This document shows, piece by piece, positions 49,278-57,078 of a stretch of DNA of 64,000 nt. Within the stretch, counting starts at the first letter, position 1, and the number at the start of each line of letters is the position of its first letter. The translations under genes were made by a program, and so were the position numbers. Where the stretch lies: the sequence record DRR378314_1208; one strand, written 5' to 3'. The notes beneath the pieces are model-generated. The model saw only the letters and a program-made list of their open reading frames with translations. It made no database searches and was not told the origin of the DNA.

Positions 49278-50057
49278 ATGATCCTCCGCCGCCTGACCAC
49301 CGCACTGCGAAAGCAGGATTGGGTCACCGTTCTGATCGAGACGCTAATTGTCGTGCTGGGTGTCTTTCTCGGTCTGCAGGTCAACAACTGGAATGCCGAC
49401 CGCGTGGCCCGTGCCGAGGCGGACGATTTGCTTTGGCGACTGGTCGTAGAGGCGGAGGCTGCGCGCGCAGACCTGGCGGTTTATCGCGACCTTCATGACG
49501 AGATTCTGGATAGGTCGATCAAGCTTCCGGTCCGCCTCAAAGCGACAGAAGACTGCCTTGCCATGGACGAGGAGATGAAGAGGCTCGTGCTTGCCGTCGG
49601 CGATTTCTCGCCGCCACGCTTCTCGCTGGCGACGGCGCGAGAAGCGATAGATTCCGGAAAGATTTCGGACATCAGGTCTGACCAAATGCGCGACGAGGTA
49701 CGCCGGATTATCGACGAGATGAGCTTCATTGATCGCCAATGGGAGCGGTACGTGCGAGTCAAGCAGGACAGCGAAAAGATGATCTACACGGCTGCGGGTC
49801 TCAGCTTCCTGCGAGTCGAGGCGCTGAAAGTCCGTCCCGGCGTCCAGTGGGACGGTATAGACCAGTATGACATACAGACTCCCGAGGCCATCTGCGGCAA
49901 TCCTCAAATTATTGCCTCAGCCTCCAATGCAGCCATGACCCAGCATGTCTATTCCATGTACCTCAGCGAAGCGTCGGAAAAGCTGGAGCGCTATGCCTTT
50001 GCATTGTCAAATCATCGCACCGGAGCATCAATGCCAAAGAAAGATGAAGCGCGATGA
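49278..50057 (+). CDS. Hypothetical single-pass membrane protein, family B (DUF6090-like) copy 1
   Basis: Begins MILRRLTTALRKQDWVTVLIETLIVVLGVFLGLQVNNWN. RBS GGAG. Confidence 0.8.
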   Translation: MILRRLTTALRKQDWVTVLIETLIVVLGVFLGLQVNNWNADRVARAEADDLLWRLVVEAEAARADLAVYRDLHDEILDRSIKLPVRLKATEDCLAMDEEMKRLVLAVGDFSPPRFSLATAREAIDSGKISDIRSDQMRDEVRRIIDEMSFIDRQWERYVRVKQDSEKMIYTAAGLSFLRVEALKVRPGVQWDGIDQYDIQTPEAICGNPQIIASASNAAMTQHVYSMYLSEASEKLERYAFALSNHRTGASMPKKDEAR

Positions 50058-50845
50058 TCCTCCAGCGCCTCGCCACCTCCATCCGGAAGCAGGACTGGTT
50101 CACCGTCATCATCGAAACGCTGATTGTCGTTTTCGGCGTCTTCATCGGTCTGCAGGTGAACAACTGGAACGAGGCGCGGAAGGATCGTCTTGAGGCCGAG
50201 ACCTCGCGTGAGCGGCTGATTGCGGATCTCCATGCTGATCTGGATGCCTTTGCGGTTCGTCGGCAATGGTACGCGGAGGTCCAGGAAGCCGCTCTGCGCG
50301 TGGATGATGCGCTGCGGTCCGATCCGCCCGAAACGATTGATGAAACGTGGGGATTTGTCCTGGACAGCTGGATTGCCGGCGGCGAATGGCCGTTCGAGCC
50401 GTCGGCGCAGATTTACAGGGAACTTCAGAATTCCGGTGATCTCGACCTCATTGCCAGCGGATCGATGCAGCGCCGACTGCGCGACTATTATGAAGACTCG
50501 GTCAACGAGATTGAAACGCTGACGATATTCCAGTCGGGGTATCGCGACCTGTCGCGCCAATTGATCGAAGGCCGCGTCGGTATGGTCATTGGTGACTGTC
50601 TCTCCTCGGCAGCCAGCCCCGAACCCAGCCAACCAGGTGCAAATCCGGATTCATTCTACGAAAACTGTCCGCCGCCAGAAGATTTTTCTCTCGTTTCGCA
50701 CTCAGCCGAAAATCTCCGGGAGTCCGAGGCGCTCCGAATGCAGCTGAATTTCCAGCTGAGCAAACTTGCCTGGCTGCCGTCGTTTCTTGATTACCTCGAT
50801 CGGCAGGCAGCATCGCTGGTGTCTGATCTGGAGGCAACGCGATGA
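50054..50845 (+). CDS. Hypothetical single-pass membrane protein, family B (DUF6090-like) copy 2
   Basis: Begins MILQRLATSIRKQDWFTVIIETLIVVFGVFIGLQVNNWN and contains YRELQNSGDLDLI. ATGA overlap. Confidence 0.8.
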   Translation: MILQRLATSIRKQDWFTVIIETLIVVFGVFIGLQVNNWNEARKDRLEAETSRERLIADLHADLDAFAVRRQWYAEVQEAALRVDDALRSDPPETIDETWGFVLDSWIAGGEWPFEPSAQIYRELQNSGDLDLIASGSMQRRLRDYYEDSVNEIETLTIFQSGYRDLSRQLIEGRVGMVIGDCLSSAASPEPSQPGANPDSFYENCPPPEDFSLVSHSAENLRESEALRMQLNFQLSKLAWLPSFLDYLDRQAASLVSDLEATR

Positions 50846-50919
50846 TCCTCCGGCACCGATCCGAACGGATGCTGACCCGACATTGCCCGATATCGCTACT
50901 GACTCTCGTCAGCATATGA
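50842..50919 (+). pseudogene. Relic start of a third family B copy
   Basis: GGAGG RBS, ATGA overlap and ATGATCCTCCGG (MILR), matching the two intact copies, then unrelated sequence and a stop after 25 codons. Confidence 0.5.
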
Positions 50920-50977
50920 CTAAAGTACGAAAAAATGATTCCGCGGACTGCCCGCGCCCCGACACCAAGGAGTGACC

Positions 50978-52399
50978 ATGACCACGAGACATTCGCTTTT
51001 CGCCCTTTCTGCACTGCTGGGCGCAAGCTGCCTGACGCCCGTCGCTGTCGCGCAGGAGCGCACCGCAGACGAACTGAAAGCGCGCGAGATCTACGCCAAG
51101 GTCGTCTCGATCCGATCTGCCCGTGGGCAGGAAAATGTGCCGGAAGTCTTCGAATACCTGATGAGCGAATTGGCCGCCGCCGGGTTTGCCGACGAAGACA
51201 TGAAGATCACGGACTACGAAAACAATGGCGAAGCCACGCAGGGCCTAATGGTCTGGTACCGGGCCGAAGACCCTGTGAAGGCACCCATCGTTCTGCTCGC
51301 CCATGCGGATGTGGTCGATGCGCTGGCCGAGGATTGGGTTCGGGCGCCGTATGAACTGATTGAGGAAGACGGCTATTTCTTCGGGCGCGGAACCGCTGAC
51401 AACAAGTATGGTGTGACCAATCTGGTCCAGACCTTCATTCGCCTGAAAAACGAAGGCTGGAAGCCGAACCGTGACATTGTCATGGTGCTGTCCGGGGACG
51501 AAGAGACCGGTATGGTCTCAACCCGCGGTCAGGCCCAATATGTCCATGAGCATATCAAGCCAGAATTCGTGCTGAACGCCGATGCGGGCGGTCTGGCACT
51601 CGGACCAAATGGCCAGCCGCTATATTACAGCGTGCAGGGCGCTGAAAAGACCTACGCAACCTGGGAGCTGACCGTGACCAATCCAGGAGGTCACTCATCT
51701 ACTCCGCGCACGGATAATGCAATCTACGAGCTCTCCGAGGCGATCCTGAAAATTCGGGACCACACATTCCCGGTCATGTCGAGCGAACTGACACGCGCGT
51801 CGCTCCGCATCGGCGGGCGCCAGCGGCTCGACAAACTCGGTCAGGCGATGCGGGACTTTGCCGACGACCCGTCCGACGAAGACGCGATCGCGGTACTGCG
51901 CGCCAATCCGGCAACCGTCGGCACCATCGGCACCACCTGCGTGGCGACCATGCTGCGCGGTGGACATGCCGAAAACGCACTGCCGCAATCCGCCACCGTC
52001 ACCGTCAATTGCCGCATCTTCCCGGGAGTCGGCATCGAGGCGACCGAGGCCACACTGAAAGACGTCATCGACAATGAAGGCGTGAAGTTCGAATTGATCT
52101 CCGACCTTGTTGAAAGCCCGGAATCCATCCTGCGCGAAGACGTGACCAACGCAATCAAGGCCTCGCTCGCAGAGCGCGGTGTCGACGTGCCGATCCTGCC
52201 GCACATGTCATCGGGCGGTACGGACGGCATGCATTATCGCAATCTCGGCTATGACACGGTCGGCATATCAGCGGCGGCCGCCAAGCAGAACGATACGTTC
52301 GCTCATGGCCTGAATGAACGCCTTCCCGTCGCGAGCTTCTATGACGGGCTCGATCATTGGTCCATTATCCTGAAAGACCTTGCCGGGTCGGAGGACTAA
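50978..52399 (+). CDS. Secreted M20/M25/M40 family metallopeptidase
   Basis: Signal peptide. Motifs HADVV, GRGTADNK, GDEE, GGHSS, GGTDG and AHGLNE. Confidence 0.92.
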   Translation: MTTRHSLFALSALLGASCLTPVAVAQERTADELKAREIYAKVVSIRSARGQENVPEVFEYLMSELAAAGFADEDMKITDYENNGEATQGLMVWYRAEDPVKAPIVLLAHADVVDALAEDWVRAPYELIEEDGYFFGRGTADNKYGVTNLVQTFIRLKNEGWKPNRDIVMVLSGDEETGMVSTRGQAQYVHEHIKPEFVLNADAGGLALGPNGQPLYYSVQGAEKTYATWELTVTNPGGHSSTPRTDNAIYELSEAILKIRDHTFPVMSSELTRASLRIGGRQRLDKLGQAMRDFADDPSDEDAIAVLRANPATVGTIGTTCVATMLRGGHAENALPQSATVTVNCRIFPGVGIEATEATLKDVIDNEGVKFELISDLVESPESILREDVTNAIKASLAERGVDVPILPHMSSGGTDGMHYRNLGYDTVGISAAAAKQNDTFAHGLNERLPVASFYDGLDHWSIILKDLAGSED

Positions 52400-52577
52400 A
52401 TCCACAAAACACCGAGGCCCCATCGGTCGAATTTTTGTATGGGTCGCTGCTGGCTACGGGAAGCGTAACTTCCCGCAGCTGCATATGCTCCAGGCGCTCG
52501 TGCAACATTACCCAAACTTCACCCATCACGAAGGCGTGAGGCCCTTTGCCCTCGCGCTTGGCGCGCCTACATCAGCT

Positions 52578-52693
52578 GTGTCGAAGAGACCCTGTTCGCT
52601 GTGGTGCACCGTCCCCCCCCCCAGCCCACAGCGAACTGCCCGTCATGTCAGCCCACAGTGCCCCCTTACTGATGACATGACGGGCTCCCTTTT
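52578..52693 (+). ncRNA. Candidate two-hairpin small RNA with C-rich loops (ends approximate)
   Basis: Promoter-like TTGCCC-N16-TACATC at 52546-52573. Perfect stems at 52594-52604/52626-52636 and 52638-52650/52673-52685, then TCCCTTTT. Confidence 0.5.
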
Positions 52694-52844
52694 CGCCGGT
52701 CAGGCACATCCTTCGCGAGACTCCCCCCTGATTTTGTGCTAGTTTCCCCCGTCAACCATTGGCGTGGAAACCATCCGTGCTCTGTTCGTCGAGCCCATTG
52801 CAGGCTTTCGGGCAGCGACCTTCACAAGGTCGGGAGGATTGGCT

Positions 52845-53381
52845 TTGACCCTCAATGACGTCTATCTCGTCTCCCAGATCATTGCCTCGGTCGCCGTCAT
52901 CCTGTCGCTGATCGCGGTGATCATCTCCATTCGCCAGAACACACGGGCCCAGCGCACCGCATCCGTCCAGTCGCTTACCGCTGCCATTGCCGCGATAAAC
53001 GTGCCGGGCATGGCTGCGCCTGACATGGGCCTGGCGCTCGCATCCGCCTGCCGGGACTGGTCCACCGCCACCCGGGACGAGCGCATCCTCGCCCACTATT
53101 TCCTGTTTTCCTTCTTCAAGCTGTGCGAGCAGGCTTGGTACCAGCATCAGGCCGACGCGCTGGATGGTGACCAGTGGAAAGGCTGGGAAAGCTCGATCCT
53201 GCGCTTCTACCATAGCCCCGGCGTGAAAAGTGGCTGGTGGCCGAACCGTTACGTGGCGTTCTCTCCCGCCTTCCAGCAATTCCTCGTCTGCAGCACAGAG
53301 CCCCGCACCCATGCAGGCGCCTCGCTCTACGCCCTGTTCGAAGGCGCGCCTTCGCCTTCCCCCGCACCTGCCAGCTGCTGA
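52845..53381 (+). CDS. Hypothetical single-pass membrane protein, family A copy 4
   Basis: TTG start 7 nt after GGGAGG. MTLNDVYLVSQIIASVAVILSLIAVIISIRQNT...YQHQ...WW...FSPAF. Confidence 0.78.
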   Translation: MTLNDVYLVSQIIASVAVILSLIAVIISIRQNTRAQRTASVQSLTAAIAAINVPGMAAPDMGLALASACRDWSTATRDERILAHYFLFSFFKLCEQAWYQHQADALDGDQWKGWESSILRFYHSPGVKSGWWPNRYVAFSPAFQQFLVCSTEPRTHAGASLYALFEGAPSPSPAPASC

Positions 53382-53468
53382 CCGGCGCTGCATGAAACTT
53401 TCGACACACCGACGGATTTTCGCGCCGCGTCCGTTTCATCCCTGACAGACCAACAGAGGAGAAACACC

Positions 53469-53840
53469 ATGCCTGCCCTGTCTCCCGTCCGCATCGCCCT
53501 GCTGGGCGCCCTGACCCTTGCCGCAGCCGGCACCGCCTCAGCCGGTGAATGGCGGCTCGTCCCGTCCCGTTGTCCCGATTTACGCGAAGACCGCATCGAC
53601 CAACGTGTTGACTATGGACGCGCTGACCGGCGCGAGGACATCCGCGACATGCGGGAAGTCAATTGTCCCGCATCCGCCTGGACGTACGTGCCGTCTCGGG
53701 GTGAACACGTGACCCGCAAAATGATCTATACCGGGCCAAAGAAAATATATGTCGGGCACCACGGCTATTATCACCGTCCCACGCCTATGAAGGGTAAACC
53801 CCAGCCTGACATCGCGCTGATCAATATCGTCATCCGGTAG
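53469..53840 (+). CDS. Small secreted hypothetical protein
   Basis: RBS GAGGAG, signal peptide ending ASA, and a Cys pair flanking REDRID/REDIRD repeats. Confidence 0.75.
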   Translation: MPALSPVRIALLGALTLAAAGTASAGEWRLVPSRCPDLREDRIDQRVDYGRADRREDIRDMREVNCPASAWTYVPSRGEHVTRKMIYTGPKKIYVGHHGYYHRPTPMKGKPQPDIALINIVIR

Positions 53841-53888
53841 CGCACCCACCCCCTTGCGTTCGCGGTGGTCTCTAGTAGACCGCCGCGC

Positions 53889-55781
53889 ATGCTTACGATT
53901 TCCAATCTCGACTTCCAGATCGAAGCCCGGCCTCTGTTCGAGTCCGCCACGGCGCAGATCTCCGCTGGCTGGAAGGTCGGCCTGGTCGGCCGCAATGGCA
54001 CCGGCAAATCCACCCTGCTGCGTCTGATCCGCGAAGACGTCGAGAACCCGCGCGCCGACAGCGCCATCCGCCTGAACTCTGGCGCCCGGCTCGGCTGGGT
54101 CGCGCAGGAGGTCGCCGCGACGGATGACACCATTCTGGACGTTGTCCTCGCCGCAGACACGGAACGCCACGCGTTGATGCTGGAATCCGAAACCGCGACG
54201 GATCCTGACCGGATCGGCGAAATCCATGAACGCCTGCTGGACATTGACGCCTGGACGGCCGAGTCCCGCGCCGCCGAAGTGCTCAACGGGCTCGGTTTCA
54301 CCACCGAAGACCTTGGCCGCGCGACAAAGGAGTTCTCGGGCGGCTGGCGCATGCGGGCCGCCATTGCCGGCGTCCTGTTCTCCCAGCCGGATTTCCTGCT
54401 GCTGGACGAGCCGACCAACTATCTGGACCTTGAAGGCGCCGCCTGGCTCGAATCCTACATCAAGAAATATCCGTACACGGTTCTGATTGTCAGCCATGAT
54501 CGGGAATTGCTGAACCGCTGTGTGACGCACACAATGGCGCTGGAACATCGCAAGCTTTCCATTACGCCGGGCGGCTACGATGACTGGCTGAAGCTGCGCG
54601 CCGCCAAGCTCGCCCAGCTCGAATCCCAGAAAGCCAAGCAGGACAAGGACCGCCAGCACCTGCAGGCATTTGTCGACCGGTTCCGCGCCAAGGCGTCAAA
54701 GGCGCGTCAGGCGCAGTCCCGCATCAAGATGCTGGAAAAGATGCAGGACATCTCCATCCCGGTGGAAGACCGCACGACGCCGTTCCATTTCGCCCCGCCA
54801 AAGGACAAACTCGCCCCGCCCATGCTGGAGTTGCGCAATGCCACGCTCGGCTATGGGGAGGACGCGGTCATCCTGGACAAGGTGAACCTTCGTCTGGATC
54901 CGGACGACCGGATTGCCATTGTCGGCGCGAACGGACAGGGCAAGACGACGCTGGTCAAATCCATCGGTGAGCGCCTCTCCCTGCTGGGAGGGGAGCGCGT
55001 TGTGCCAAAGGCCGTGCGCATTGGCTATTTCTCGCAAGACCAGCTGGACGAACTCTCCGAAGGCGATAGCGTGCTGCTACACGTCCAGCGCATCATGCCG
55101 CCCGGCACCACGCCGGCAAAAGTGCGCGCCGCCGCTGCCGCAATGGGCTTCAGCCACGAAAAGGTCGAAACCAATGTCGAGAAACTGTCCGGCGGCGAAA
55201 AAGTGCGCCTCCTGCTCGGCCTCATGTCGTCGGCCGCGCCGCACATCCTCATCCTGGACGAGCCGACCTCTCACCTCGATATCGACAGCCGCGAGGCGCT
55301 CATCTACGCACTGAACGAATTCCCCGGCGCCGTCTTGCTGATCACGCACGATGTCTACCTTGCCGAGGCCACCGCCGACCGGCTCTGGCTGGTCAATAAT
55401 GGCCGCGCCGCGCCCTATGACGGAGACCTAGCCGACTATCGCGCCCTCGTCATGAAGGCGGACCGCGACGACACCAAGGGCGCGAAGGCGGCCAAGCCTG
55501 CCAAGTCCGCCACGCCGAAAGAGATCTCTCCGGAAGAGAAAAAGCGTCTCAGCGCCCTGAAGAAAACCGCCCGTGACGCTGAAGAGCGCCTCGACAAGGC
55601 GAATACCGCCATTGCGAAGATCGACGCCAAACTGGCAAACGGCACCCCTCCCGCTGACGAACTCGAAAAGTTGCTGAAAGACCGCGCCAGGCATTCCGAA
55701 ACCTCCGAAGCGGCCGAAATCGAATGGATGGAGGCCGCTGAAGCGCTTGAAACGGCAAATGCATCCAGCGCGGCCTCCTGA
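53889..55781 (+). CDS. ABC-F family ATPase (YheS-like)
   Basis: Two ABC domains (GRNGTGKST/FSGGW/LLDEPTN and GANGQGKTT/LSGGE/ILDEPTS), no TM helix, and a coiled-coil tail. Confidence 0.95.
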   Translation: MLTISNLDFQIEARPLFESATAQISAGWKVGLVGRNGTGKSTLLRLIREDVENPRADSAIRLNSGARLGWVAQEVAATDDTILDVVLAADTERHALMLESETATDPDRIGEIHERLLDIDAWTAESRAAEVLNGLGFTTEDLGRATKEFSGGWRMRAAIAGVLFSQPDFLLLDEPTNYLDLEGAAWLESYIKKYPYTVLIVSHDRELLNRCVTHTMALEHRKLSITPGGYDDWLKLRAAKLAQLESQKAKQDKDRQHLQAFVDRFRAKASKARQAQSRIKMLEKMQDISIPVEDRTTPFHFAPPKDKLAPPMLELRNATLGYGEDAVILDKVNLRLDPDDRIAIVGANGQGKTTLVKSIGERLSLLGGERVVPKAVRIGYFSQDQLDELSEGDSVLLHVQRIMPPGTTPAKVRAAAAAMGFSHEKVETNVEKLSGGEKVRLLLGLMSSAAPHILILDEPTSHLDIDSREALIYALNEFPGAVLLITHDVYLAEATADRLWLVNNGRAAPYDGDLADYRALVMKADRDDTKGAKAAKPAKSATPKEISPEEKKRLSALKKTARDAEERLDKANTAIAKIDAKLANGTPPADELEKLLKDRARHSETSEAAEIEWMEAAEALETANASSAAS

Positions 55782-55974
55782 GCACCCGACCTGCAGCAAC
55801 TGCGCCAGCACCGAGACCACTCAGCAATTGAAATAGACCGTCTTCTGAATATTTTTATTTGATAACGGACCGTCTTTTACTTGCCTCCGGCGTTAACCAA
55901 CATTAACCTGCTGTCATGGTGGCGGTGGGGCCACTGGCGAGCGCGCAGGCGCTCTTTCGTCTTGGAGACACACA

Positions 55975-56439
55975 ATGAATATCAAGGGACTACTTCTGTC
56001 AGCAGCGCTGGCCGCTTTCGCGACTCCGGCCTTGGCGCAATTGAACGTGTACGAAGATTATACGGTCAGCGATTCCGTATGGTCGATCTCGACAATCAAG
56101 GTCGATTCGAACATGGGGGACTATTATCTCGAAGGCATCAAATCGACGTGGGTCGAATCCAATGAAGTGGCCAAATCCCTCGGCCACATCGAAGACTACA
56201 CGATCCTGGTCAGTGCCATGCCGGACAGCGGACATTTCAACATTCTCCTTGGCGTAAAATATGCGAGCATGGCCGACTTGGGGCCTTCGCGGGAAAAATA
56301 TGATGCGTTCATGACGGCTTGGGGCGAAGCCAATGCGGACATGTCACGCGAAACGGCAAAGACATATCCCGAGCTCCGCAAAATTACGGGCCAATACCTG
56401 ATGCACGAGCTCACCATGCTGGACTCCAGCAGCGAGTGA
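55975..56439 (+). CDS. Secreted hypothetical protein
   Basis: RBS GGAG and signal peptide MNIKGLLLSAALAAFATPALA. Confidence 0.8.
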   Translation: MNIKGLLLSAALAAFATPALAQLNVYEDYTVSDSVWSISTIKVDSNMGDYYLEGIKSTWVESNEVAKSLGHIEDYTILVSAMPDSGHFNILLGVKYASMADLGPSREKYDAFMTAWGEANADMSRETAKTYPELRKITGQYLMHELTMLDSSSE

Positions 56440-56449
56440 CCCCTGATCG

Positions 56450-56481
56450 GAGGCCCGCTTGCCCATCGGCCGTCGGGCCTC
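56450..56481 (+). terminator. Hairpin downstream of the secreted protein gene
   Basis: 8-bp stem GAGGCCCG...CGGGCCTC. Confidence 0.35.
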
Positions 56482-56484
56482 ACC

Positions 56485-56511
56485 TGTCACAAAACCAGCC
56501 CCTGTCTCGTC
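56485..56511 (+). promoter_or_regulatory. ECF41-type promoter
   Basis: TGTCACA (56485-56491), 16 nt, CGTC (56508-56511), which matches the known ECF41 target motif. Confidence 0.85.
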
Positions 56512-56541
56512 CTGTCTCTGAACCAAGCAGGAGACAGTTCC

Positions 56542-57078
56542 ATGATCCGTTCTTTTCTGAATGCCCAGATCCGTAAATTCGGGCGGCGCTTCAATTATGA
56601 CACCAGCTACATGCATGAAATCTGCGCCGTTTCGCCCGGCGCGGTCTACGGCCTGCTGAAGCTGCCGGAATTCTATCGTTATCGCGGCCCGGCGCTTGGC
56701 CAGCCGGTGTGGACCGGCGCATTGCTGGCCTCGACGCTGGATGGCGATTGCGGGCCGTGTGCTCAGCTGGTCATCGACATGGCGCTGGCCGCGGGTGCGG
56801 ACCGGGAGACCCTGCGCCTGTGCGCCGAAGGCCAGGCCGACAAGGCCGGGGCAATGGGGCTCGGATTCCGCTTTGCGGAGGCCGCTATCAAGGCCGACCC
56901 GATGGCTGACAAATTCCGCAGCGAGATCGCCAGGGAATTTGGCGAGAAATGCGCCCTGTCCTGCGCCTTCGCCGCCGCGTCGGGCCGTATCTACCCGGTG
57001 CTGAAACGCGGCATGGGCCACGGACAAGCCTGCCAGAGGCTGGACTTTGGCGATACGATTGTGACACTCGCCGCATGA
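56542..57078 (+). CDS. AhpD/carboxymuconolactone decarboxylase-like protein
   Basis: CxxC motif in DGDCGPCAQL. Lies between the ECF41 promoter and the sigma gene, the usual ECF41 arrangement. Confidence 0.7.
   Translation: MIRSFLNAQIRKFGRRFNYDTSYMHEICAVSPGAVYGLLKLPEFYRYRGPALGQPVWTGALLASTLDGDCGPCAQLVIDMALAAGADRETLRLCAEGQADKAGAMGLGFRFAEAAIKADPMADKFRSEIAREFGEKCALSCAFAAASGRIYPVLKRGMGHGQACQRLDFGDTIVTLAA

Noticed and set aside
47611..50919. Integron cassette array or CRISPR-like array
   Set aside because: The genes overlap by ATGA with no room for attC sites, and there is no intI, regular repeat-spacer pattern or cas gene.
52400..52840. Retron msr-msd, tmRNA, RNase P RNA or a known riboswitch
   Set aside because: No reverse transcriptase is in the window, and I recognised none of the signature sequences of these RNAs. 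An Rfam search is still needed.
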